A stretch of DNA of 64,000 bases, filler included, from Asterionella formosa (lineage: Eukaryota), in assembly GCA_002256025.1 (NCBI GenBank). It is 11 parts of 11 records of this genome, joined end to end, with 100 filler letters (N's around TTAATTAATTAA, not from the genome) between each part and the next. Parts side by side here need not be neighbours in the genome. Positions count along the whole stretch, not along the records: positions 23,384 to 29,125 come from NKIB01012943.1; positions 29,226 to 34,957 come from NKIB01012944.1; positions 35,058 to 40,788 come from NKIB01012945.1; 8 more parts are not named here. One strand, written 5' to 3'. The notes below the pieces were generated by a model. The model was not told the DNA's origin. It did no database searches and saw only the letters and a list, made by a program, of their open reading frames with translations. A program made the position numbers and the translations under genes. Positions 25,791 to 36,443 of the stretch are shown here, one piece after another (the stretch's first letter is position 1; every line of letters begins with the position of its first letter).

Positions 25791-27151
25791 AGGTGAAACA
25801 CTTGATCGAGATGTTCTTGGACTGTGGCTGCTTCTGCTGGATCGCAGATTTGACATTTCCCTTCCTTGAGATCAAATATGTAATGAACAAAATGATTATT
25901 TCCACAAGATGATCTCTTGCAGTACACTATAATCACATAGGTACACTCAATATATAACGGGTGACAATTGCCACTGTAAGTGTCTCCACCACAATCCATT
26001 TGTGGATTGTCATCAACATCCACGATAACATTCACATTGGATGGATGGAGTTCATGAGTTATGAATTGAATGAGATTTTGAATTGTTTGAAAATCCTAAT
26101 ATGCAAGAGATTTAAGCTCCTCAATTTCTTTTTTGAAATGTAACAAGTTATAAGTCTTTGCAGCATAAGTTCAGACTTCTTGGGGAGTTCAAGAATAAAG
26201 TTCTTCCCAACGCTCGATTTGTGGCTTCCTTTTGGGAATGTTCACATACATGAAGGTTCGAATGGGAGACATGAGTTGACATAATTGACATGCATTTTCC
26301 TCTATACATGAACTGCCCTTGGGATTCTCCATGATGGAATTATTGACAGAATCTTTTTCAGCTTCATATGATTCAATAAAAATACCATTTCGATTATCCC
26401 GGTCATTGGGCATAACGAATTGGGAAAGGTCCAACATAGTCTGGCTGATTATGGTATTTTAGTTCTCCAACAACTTGATCTCTTCCACAATATCCTGAAC
26501 AGAAGTTTGATTTTCGAAAACAGGTTGATCTTGAATGGTAGCATGAACAAAGATTCCTTTATTGTCATCTGGATGTTTCTCTTCATTACCAATCCTTGAC
26601 GAATTATTATTGTTTATAATCTTTTCATTACTTGAAATTGTCGGTTTTTCTTGGAAGGACAACAGAATCTATCAGACCAGCACCTAAGTCATCATCATCT
26701 CCATCCATCAGGTAATTGGGGGTAGGGTTGTCGACATTTTCTGTATTAGAATGCTTAGCCTCTAATTGTAGAGATACCCTTGTCTTGTCACAGGACATAT
26801 CATGCATTATCATGAGAGATCGACTGGCTTCTTCTCGATTTGGTGAACAATCAATAAGAATAGCCCGCTGCTTTTCATTTGAAAAAAATTGGGTCAAATG
26901 TTTTGAATTTGCCATATAAGAGGACCTCTCTGATAAATGCATTGGGGCAACTATGGAATTAACATATGAACTCTTTTTTCTGGAGAATTGTAAACCTTCT
27001 CGAAATCATCAGATTTGGAAGGAAACAGACATGTGCTCTCAACCGATTCAATGAGTCGTTTCAATTTCTTCTTCGATGTTAAAGCATCTTCGAGTGTAAA
27101 CCCAAATAGACTATCCTCTTTGTCTTTCCAAATGTTGTTGTTGTTTTCCAT
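25790..27151 (-). pseudogene. Degenerate ORF with the N-terminal half of a Ulp1/C48-like cysteine protease domain
   Basis: Run of co-oriented broken ORFs ending in NNHFVHYIFDLKEGKCQICDP, which resembles the H..D part of the C48 catalytic triad. Truncated where it meets ORF-A. Confidence 0.5.
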
Positions 27152-28675
27152 GATATCAACTTTGATTGGTATTGATATGACGAGTGATGCAGTATGGTTA
27201 TGCAAAATGATAAACAAGAATGCAATGAAGCCAACGGAGTTCGATTACTATCAATGATGTGATGGGAAGGCAACAGCAGCAGCCACAGCAGCAGTATAAT
27301 TGCATTTGCTTGTACGGATGGTACCACGCACGGTACATCTGTACAAGCTATTCTATATTGGTATTTACGGCTATGGCATTACATTCATCAAATTATCTAT
27401 TTTGATGTAATGATAGAGATGATAAAAACATCTTATTATTGTAAAATTATTTAGTAATATATATTAGAAATATTAGCAAGAACATTTTATTACATGTGCA
27501 TTTATTTGATCTTATAAATGTGATCAAACTATCATATGTTTAGTTACGAGTGATTGTGAGTATGTGATAATGAAATATAAGTTAACTGTTGTAATCATAC
27601 GATTATATGATATTGACGGTACCTGGTACGATCTCTTTTTAGTGTACAGAACCCTACTTCACCTTTTTTGTACGAGATTGTATTATAGCATACCCCCCAT
27701 CAAGTATAGGTACCAATCTCACCTTGTTTGTACGAGACGTGTATTGCATACTCAACATCACCTACAGGTACCGGTACCAACGTCACCTTGCTTGTTTGTA
27801 CGAGAAGACCATTTGATTGTTGCGTACCAGGTACCGGTAATCTCAGCCACTCCCTCAACTTAACCCTATCGCTGTGATTGACATGATCTAAATTCAAATC
27901 AATCGTATACTGTACGCACGCTTTCTTACAAAAATATCAGTGCAACATACATACGGCACTGGTACCTGGTACCAGGTAGTAGGTATCCGAACGATGGACA
28001 TGATTTAAATTCAAATCAAATGTCTACGTATGTTTACTTGCAAAAATATCTGTACAACATTTCGGTACCTGCTGTACAACAACAATACCGGTAGATGAAA
28101 CAAACTCACACAATATATACCAGTACCAGTGCTCACACAGAAGGAGTCTCGTACATGAATATCCATACAGCTCTGTATATGGAAATATATGGAAATCTAT
28201 TTTCTACAACAAAAAGGTACGTATATGTACATAAACCCATGTACGACTGTCCTATTGCCACACGAATGATTCAAATTCAGTTGCTGATGGTTTGCAACCA
28301 GTGATGGTAAAAAAAAATACACACATTTATGAAAATACATATAGTTGTAATATTCTCTGAGATGATAAATATTATTCATATTACATAATAAATCGAATTG
28401 ATATGATCATATGATCGCCATTATAAGATGCATCACATGAATTAGATGTTTTCTATTTGCAGACAAGCATGTAAAGCAAAAACAGATACATACATTTGCT
28501 ATGGGGCCCAGGGGTTCAGAAGATATGTTTTTCATCCATATATCCATTCATACATGTATTGTTTCAATTGAATGAGTCTTCCCGCACATGGAGGAGCACT
28601 TGTCATGTGCAGATAGAAGCATTTGCTCTGGCATGACCCTACTTCTTGGAACTTGTAGTAGGAGGATGCAAATTA

Positions 28676-28909
28676 GATTGTGTCCCGACACCTTCTCTTG
28701 CTTTCTTGTATCCATTAAGGATATGCCAGGGACCATCAAACAGGCTGTAGATATAAACAACATTTGATTGTAGAATTATGAGTTTTACTTGTGGTGCAGA
28801 TTGTTTTCAAATTCTGATCTTGATATTCTTTTTGTTTCATTTGATTCAATGCGTATATATGTAAGTAATTTCATACAAGGGAATGTCTCCTAAAATAATT
28901 TCTCCAACA
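28676..28909 (-). repeat. Diverged solo-LTR-like relic of the same Copia family
   Basis: Shares TTGCTTTCTTGTATCC, CAGGGACC, AGGCTGTAGATAT, AGAATTATG and CCTAAAATAATTTCTCCAACA with the LTRs at 7086-7352 and 48706-48982. No adjacent internal Copia sequence seen. Confidence 0.75.
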
Positions 28910-29225
28910 TAAGGAAGGACCTTCACATTGATCCCCTTCACGAGAAATAGAACACTGGGATATCTAGGTCAAAGTAACTGATCATAAGTTGAAGTACCAA
29001 CAGGTGACCCATTTAGTGCTTCCAATGCTCAGAGCCATGCCAACTGCAAATAATATCGAGACAACACATACAGCACAACTGTTACAAGTGACAGGTAACT
29101 CCTCATGTATAATTCGACCATACTTNNNNNNNNNNNNNNNNNNNNNNNNNNNNNNNNNNNNNNNNNNNNTTAATTAATTAANNNNNNNNNNNNNNNNNNN
29201 NNNNNNNNNNNNNNNNNNNNNNNNN

Positions 29226-30257
29226 TACCATCAAACGTACACACTTTTTCGTCGTCAAAACGCGGATGGTGTGTCACAGCAGAAAGGAACATGACCTTTT
29301 CGATATGCTCCTTATGTTTCGTCCGCCTTGTGGGAGCCTCTTCTCCATGAGCCAGATATATTTTCAACTTTCCTTCTGAAACAAAGAACCACTTTTCAAC
29401 TATATGGACCTGGTCTAGAAGCCATCATAGTAACCAAACAGTCCCGAATCAAAATCAATGTCAGGGGAAGGATGTTCTTGATCTGGATGGTTCAATTGTA
29501 AATGATTAACACAATACATAAAACGACTTATCTTACCCTTGTCTGAAAGCATCGGCTTGACTGCACTTGTGTGTGGTCGTATTACATTCTCTCTGCTATC
29601 CTTTGCAATCCCAAAAACTGTTGACTTGGGAAGGGCAAGAGCAGCTGCTATTTTACGATACGTAGTACGCTTGCAATATGGAATACCTCTAATCGCTGCA
29701 ATTATTTCTTCATGTGGGTTTTTGCAAGTATACCCAGTCAATAATTTGCGGGACAGCAATGCAAACACGTAAGTATCATCATTATAATAGGATTCGAGTG
29801 CGTGGCTCAAAATACGTTGTACAGTTCTTTTATCAACTTTGAACTGGCCCGCCAAAAATTTAATGGTTCCATGCACTAAAATGAGCCGACCATCGATTTC
29901 GTCCCCTCCATCAGGTCCTTTTTGGAGGTTCTGTAAACTATAATCCAAAACGAGTTGATGCTCTTCTGGTGTTAGATCCTTTCTCATGTGCTTGTTGAGA
30001 AGAGGTGGTGGCAAGAAAAAGGGGGGCCAGGCATCTGCATTTTGCTCGAATGAGCAAAAGTCGAAGTCGAAAAAGCCGAAAAACGTTTTTTTCAAATGTA
30101 GTTGCCAATTTTAATCTTTCTTTATATTACATATACATGGATCCGTAGCTTAGAGCAAGCTGCACCATAGGGCTTTTGAGCCGGAGAAAGTCGTAGGAGT
30201 CAAAATGGCCCTGGATAAATTTGAATTATTGATGCAACTGTTACTAGACAGAGGGAG
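29226..30257 (-). mobile_element. Plant-type (DD39D/Stowaway-like) mariner, 5' part, inactive
   Basis: TA|CTCCCTCTGT terminus at 30259-30248; ATG at 29987; HTH region; VHIVEKWFF (D1 changed to V) after an in-frame stop; KVMFLSAV..PRFD...FDG; runs into gap. Confidence 0.85.
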
Positions 30258-30389
30258 TACCTTGCAAGTTGCGGCAATTTTGCTGAAACTAAAGATTTAG
30301 CTATTTTTATCCCAGATTAAAATGTTAGTTTAAGCAAAATGACCTCAACTTGCTTGATACAGGTTCTAATGTTTCTTCCTCCTGGTGTC

Positions 30390-30660
30390 AGGTACCAGGG
30401 GTACCAGGGACCAGGGACCCTCTACCACGTCCCCTGGTACCACGGTGGTAGACTTGGTTGCAGGGGTACCTGGTGCTACGACACTCTGCCTGCAATTCTG
30501 GTAGGTGGTACCTGGTACCTTGTACTTGGTACCACCGAGACTCAAAAAATCAACTAAAATGCATATACTCAACAGTACCTGGTCCTGGTACCTTGCACAC
30601 CATTATGACCTACGATATCATCCTTCTATCGAACACCTGTCGTTTTATTGTACCTGGTGC
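30390..30660. promoter_or_regulatory. Cluster of GGTACC/ACCTGGTACC palindromic motifs upstream of a gene start
   Basis: Dense GGTACCAGG/CCTGGTACC motifs within about 330 bp upstream of ATG 30721. Similar clusters precede other genes. Regulatory function is inferred only. Confidence 0.4.
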
Positions 30661-30720
30661 TCAAACAAAAACCTACGTAAAAAACGTCTGTCGCATAAAA
30701 TAAACGCCATTCGTTTCAGT

Positions 30721-33539
30721 ATGGCATGCATGACGGCACTTGATCTCAGTGGGGTTACCGGCATCCCCTCCGCTTCTCTAGTCTTCGGAAGTGCCGCAAT
30801 GAACGGAGATGAATACGTCCGGTGCGCAAAGTGTGGCTTCGGAGGGTGCGATGTCCGAGTTTCTGGTTGTGGATGCACTCTTCATGCGGTCAGTATTTTC
30901 TTCTGTTTTGCGTTTACGTATGGTTTGTACGAAGTGTTGCGTAGACGTCACAAATTGTTTCGTTCGACAATCAGATTCCTGACATCATTCTTTGCGATGA
31001 CTGCTCTTTGGAGCTTGGCGTTTGTAATTTCCATGCCATTTTTCATGCGGAACTCGTTGGACCCAACTGAGATGAGATTATAATGAGTTTGTTTTCAATT
31101 GTTGGAACTCTTCAGCATCCCTACCGGTAGTCACGTGGCGACTTAGTCCTACTTCCGGAGGTTTATTTACTTAGGGTTGGGAGCGATTGTCACGCACGCG
31201 ACAAACGCACTGTGTAATTCTTTCGTCGGGTTTTGCATTTTATGCTTCGCTAACGAACTTGTCGATCATCGTGCTCACTCCGTTTATTCTTTTGTATTGC
31301 TCTCACAGAGATGCATTGCTATCAAACCGGAAGGGTCGCTCTCCTTTTGTCCAGAGTGTGCCCGCGAAACGACTGGTCTTGTTCTCTTTCCGATGTCGTT
31401 TCGTGAGATCGATGAAGCCCGCAAGACGGTTGCTGTGTTGGCGAACACCGGTCGTCGCGGACGTAAGCGGAAGAACTCAGAAAGCGGCACCGAAGAGAAG
31501 TGCGCCTATGTCTCGGAACGCCGTACTGGCCGCTGGACGCCGGAGGAAACGGCCTACTGTGATGTCCTCATTGACAAGTTTGCTGCTGGTCAGCTACCTC
31601 TTGCTGAAGGCATCAAACTCAACGACTTTCTTGGAAGCATGCTGAAGTCCAAGCAGTCGCGCCTCACCAAGAAGATGAAGAATGCGAAACTCAGCTCCAA
31701 GACTTTTGAGCGCGTCTTGGGTCACGTTGGTGATCACAACGATGCTCGAGACTTCTCGGAAGTTGAGGATTCTTTCTTTCATTCGATCCAGTGCCACCAA
31801 GAGCGTGCCGAAATTAAGTTTCACATGCAGAAGGAATGGCGCGAGATGTTTAGCAACTACTGTGCTGCTGTAGGTCAGCCCCTTGATGCGGACGCATGGT
31901 TGAGCAGTGTCGAAGAGATGGATCGCAGGGCTTCTCATGCGAAGGATGCCGCCCGTATGTCTCGACGCAAGATCATGATGGGACATGCCCTTCGTCTGGA
32001 TAGCAAGAACCCTGACTCTGGTGTCTTCATCGAGAAGAGCGAGGCCGAGAAATTGCTCGACCAGAATTCCCCTGACTGCATCGACCACGATTCCCTGGAT
32101 GCTGAGGAGGAGCTGCTCGCTTTCTTTTCGGAAAAGCCCACATTTGACGAGAAGACGAAGTCTATTCCTGGATTTGGAGAATCCAACAGCAAGAACAGTT
32201 TGCTTCATTCTGCTCCCTTCTTGAGCAAGGCTATCTCTTATATGCAGCGCCACAGTGTCCCGTTTGAACATATTGATATTTGGGTGCCCTCCTTTGTTCC
32301 TACTACTGGAGAACACAGTGCTGAGGAAGCAGGAAACACTACTTGCCGTTTGTGCTACGCTGGCAGCGCTACTGTGGACTTGAAGGTTGACCAAGAAGGA
32401 AAGTGCTATGTACCCGTGAGTGAAGAAGAGGCTTTTTACCTGCACGCGTTCGGAGACTACAGCCAAAAATTTTCTTTCGATGTTGGCTGTGGTTTACCAG
32501 GACGTGTATACCAGAGCGGTCTCCCCACCTGGGAACAAAGTGTTCAGAACGCCCCCCACCACCATTTTGAACGCTGTGGAGGCGCCCGCAATTTTGGAAT
32601 TAAGACGGTCGTCGGAATTCCTATTGCTAGTCCCAATGTTGGTCGCATTGTAGTGAATCTATATTCTCGTCATGATCGCAACAAGGACCAGGAACTCGTG
32701 GGACGCTTATCTGAGGAGTTCTCAAGGGTAAGTTGGACATTTGTTATTTTGTTTGATTGTTTAAACCTTTTTACTAATTTCATGCCCACTTTTCACAGCT
32801 TATGCCATCTCCTAAATGGAAGCTTGTTGTCGATATTGGAGATCCCGAGCCAGTAGAAACCCTTATATCTTGTCCTACAACTGCTTCTATCGGTGCTTCT
32901 GCGCATCAACAGTCCATGTTGACCACCAGCTTAACTGCATCTGTTCCCACTTCTACTAACCATCACCACATGCATCAACAAATGCCAGAAACTACAAATA
33001 TGGTCAGCATGCATACCCATGCGCCTCCTGAGTCGTTTCCACTAGCATCTGCTAGCTCAGACAAAGACCACCGCATTGACGAATTGGTGTCATTACTTGG
33101 GGAATATATGCCCTCAGACCCACATTCTCACTTGGGTTCTTACATCCAGGGATTTATGTCCTTGCGATTGATGCTCCTCCGTCCAAATAGGTCCCAAGTG
33201 GAAGAAGACCTTGTCCGAACCATGCTGGGCTCGTTCTCATCCTACACTTCTGGTGGACGCGCCAAAAATGACATTGCGCTGATGCTTGCGCGAGACTTTG
33301 TATTTCTGACTCAATCGCAAGTCCATCAACCTCAGCAACTGTTGCCCCAAGCACATTCTTTTCTTCAAGTCGGACAATCTGTCATGATGCCACCAAGTTC
33401 TGGTTCCAATCATTTTTCATTTTTCGGTATCCCTTCTTCTGCAAATTATTCCGAGAACAGCTACCACAATTCCCCAGCTCTAGCCCCCATTCAATTGTCG
33501 GGAAACGGGACTGATACGTTGTCGATTGTTTCGACTTGA
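30721..33539 (+). CDS. RING-variant (C4HC3) + Myb-like + NLP-type GAF domain protein, putative transcription regulator; introns 30889-31308 and 32728-32798
   Basis: Splicing joins CAKC..CGCTLHA|RC..CPEC in frame. NLS-like RRGRKRK; Myb-like GRWTPEETAY..L...F; GAF-like HIDIWVP...YSQKFSF..GCGLPGRVYQSGLPTW...FERCGGA..FGIKTVVGIPI; low-complexity tail. Start codon (30721, 30730 or 30799) uncertain. Confidence 0.85.
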
Positions 33540-34174
33540 ATGGATGGGGTTACTCTGAATGTTTAGCTGGCTGGTCCGAACATTTTTCTATTTTATCAAG
33601 CACTTTTTTCACATCTGCGTTTTGAAAACGGCACACTTCCATTTTTAATCAATTCCATGGGCAAACCCATCAAACCAATTTTTTCGTAACAGTTTGAGGG
33701 TGCTTCTTTTTAATCACTCTGTTGGATTTTTCCCACTCCACAGCTTACATTTAATGTTAATTTCATTGTGTTTTTCCCAATCCTGCTAAATTGTCTTTAG
33801 ATCTAGTCTCTTTTTTTCTGTTTGGGGTTATCTTGCTCTGCATAGTTTTTCGAAAACATCCAGTTGATACCTTGGCTATTCTTCGAAGAGTGAAGGACAC
33901 GAACAATTCATGGTTCATGAACCGTCGGTATTTAGTAGTAGCTATAGGCGCTGATGGACAACTGTCATTTGCTCGTTTAGGTTGTGTCTAGTGTCGTTGT
34001 GATGGGTTCACAGATTGTATTGGCAATTTATCGGAATCATCAAAAGAAGGTTTCGAGGTAGTTTCTAAGTTTACTCGTTATACAGTAATAACTTAAGGTC
34101 AAACGTAACAACTGCAAGTAAAACATTTTTCCTTGTGCTGGCATGATACTTGCCTTGCCTCTACCACGCCTCAA

Positions 34175-34858
34175 CTAACCCTCCAACTTTGACTGACATC
34201 GCTGGGCAGAAAATGTAGCACACACTCGCCTTGACTTCCACGGATTCTTGGTCACCTCGTCAATTATCCATAGCATGGTTCCATGGTTCATTCTTGGTAT
34301 AGGGCGTTGTCCGAATAGACGCCTTATACCAGTGAAGCTTTCATATCTGCCCCATAGTTGGGCATGCAAATGAAATTGCCCCACTTGCATTATTTCTCCT
34401 CGTTCGTTTTTTTGAGTGCGCCTATAAGAGTCTAACACAACCTTGTCGTAGTATCGATCTGTTGGACAATAAGGATTCCTTTGCACCTTCCATTCCCCTT
34501 TGAGATAGAAACGATTTGTATCCGACGGTGACAAACAAAATGTGCCGTTGGGATAGAGGGATAGTTGGCAATCCATTGATGAGCTTCGCTTCGTATTTGC
34601 TGGATCCTTTTCGTCATATAACTTTCTTGGAGGAAAAATAAGAGTATTGCTATCTCCAAAGCACGTGGAACATGATAGTTTCACTTTCCATTGTCCAATC
34701 GCTTGATTTATGGCGTCGATCGGCTCGCATGATATCGTTGCGAGACCCATTAAAACACATAGTATTGTCAAGAGACTCGGTATTTTAGTGAGAGAACGAT
34801 GCGATGGTAGACAGCAGGTCGGAGTTGCCTTTGTGTGCTTCATACCACCAGATGCCAT
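34175..34858 (-). CDS. Hypothetical protein with N-terminal hydrophobic segment
   Basis: Uninterrupted ~227-aa ORF with hydrophobic stretch LLTILCVLMGLATISC. No family recognised. Confidence 0.65.
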   Translation of the reverse strand: MASGGMKHTKATPTCCLPSHRSLTKIPSLLTILCVLMGLATISCEPIDAINQAIGQWKVKLSCSTCFGDSNTLIFPPRKLYDEKDPANTKRSSSMDCQLSLYPNGTFCLSPSDTNRFYLKGEWKVQRNPYCPTDRYYDKVVLDSYRRTQKNERGEIMQVGQFHLHAQLWGRYESFTGIRRLFGQRPIPRMNHGTMLWIIDEVTKNPWKSRRVCATFSAQRCQSKLEG

Positions 34859-34930
34859 TGTACCGGTAGCCGAAGACAAATCAACACGGTGATAAATGTA
34901 TACATACCGGCTAAAATCTCATTAGTCTAC

Positions 34931-34957
34931 CCGTATACTTCATTGTCCTGGACCCCC
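34931..34957 (+). repeat. Putative DNA transposon terminus (CCGTATACTTCATTGTCCTGGACCCCC)
   Basis: Identical to 46491-46517. Both copies lie at or near a contig end before a gap. Confidence 0.6.
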
Positions 34958-35057
34958 NNNNNNNNNNNNNNNNNNNNNNNNNNNNNNNNNNNNNNNNNNN
35001 NTTAATTAATTAANNNNNNNNNNNNNNNNNNNNNNNNNNNNNNNNNNNNNNNNNNNN

Positions 35058-36371
35058 CAGAAGATGATAGTGGATGGTCATGTGGGCCATTTACAATTGT
35101 GAAAGTATTGGAAACTCTAATGCAACTAGAAAGGAATGGCAAAACCAAATTTCTTGGCAACCGGGCACAATTCTGTTTGGAGACAGAGTCCTGGAAAGCT
35201 TTAAAACGTCAGGTGGTAGCAACAGATCGAACAGACGATTTGTTATCTGTTACATCTGACCCACCAACCAAGTCAACATACTTTCATCTTGGAACAGTTT
35301 GGCCTCAAGTGACAACAACAAACATTCGTGAGGATATGTTTCAGTAGGAAATAACTGTTCTTCAATTTTGTATCGACAATATTTTGAGCTCCTATTTAGA
35401 TTTAAAAATGTTGAACGAAGTTTTTGGACGACTTCCTTGCAATTCATCTTTCAAGAAGGTTGATGTTGTCAACGTGAAATCCATGATCCAACAAAGTAAT
35501 GACAAACTTGCTACCTTCAAATGGTATAATCATGCACCTCTTGGCCAAATTCTGGATGCATCAAAATTGACAAAAAGTTGAAAAATATTTTGTAACTGAT
35601 GATAGCCCTTCTGGAATCAAATTGAAAAAGTTTACAGACTCATATCGAACTGCAGTTGAAAAGTGGAGAAGAAAAATTTCGGACGAAACGAGAAGGACCA
35701 TCTTAGGTTCTTTGGGAGTGAAAAAGAACAAATAATGCATGGACCATTGGGATCATCCAATCTCATCATTCCTTAGGACATTTCAGTTTGTGAAAACCTT
35801 GAACAGACGATTTCTTATCCATTACATCTGACCTACCAAACAAGTCAACATACTTTCATCTTGGAACAGTTTGGCCTCAAGTGACAACGACAAATTCTCA
35901 TGGGGATATGTTTCAGTTGGAAATAACTGTTCTTCAATTTTGTATCGACAATATTTTGAGCTCCTATTTAGATTTAAAAATGTTGAACGAAGTTTTTGGA
36001 CGACTTCCTTGCAACTCTTCTTTCAAGAAGGATGAAGTTGTCTACGTAAAATCCATGATACAACAAAGTAATGACAAACTTGCTCCCTTCAAATGGTATA
36101 ATCATGCACCTATTGGCCAAATTTCTGGATGCATCAAAATTGACAAAAAGCTGAAAGAAAATTTTGTTTCTGATGATAGCCCTTCTGGAATCAACTTGAA
36201 GAAGTTTACAGACTCATATCGAACTGCAGTTGAAAAGTGGAGAAGAAAAATTTCGGACGAAACGAGAAGGACCACTTAGATTTCTTTGGGAGTGAAAAAG
36301 AACAAATAATGCATGGACCATTGGGATCATCCAATCTAATTATTCCTTAGGAATTTTTAGTTTGTGAAAAC
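35058..36371 (+). pseudogene. C-terminal part of a Ulp1/C48-like protease ORF with a 572-bp tandem duplication (35229-35800 / 35801-36371)
   Basis: First codons after the gap read EDDSGWSCGPFTIVKVLE, resembling the catalytic-Cys motif (Q/E-x-D-x-x-x-S/D-C-G-x-F). Two diverged consecutive copies of the downstream segment, with stops. Confidence 0.55.
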
Positions 36372-36443
36372 ATTCTAATAACTTACCTAGTATGTGAAAC
36401 TATAAATATTATCACTATTATTTCTATTATTCTTGTATATTTA

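Noticed and set aside
30339..30703. Short ORFs rich in VPGT/WYQ/YLV (also 27564-27863, 54632-54947, 61080-61661)
   Set aside because: Translations of the non-coding GGTACC palindrome clusters.
31594..32466. 290-aa antisense ORF within the GAF regulator (and similar antisense ORFs in other genes)
   Set aside because: Shadow of sense-strand codon bias, with no recognisable motifs.
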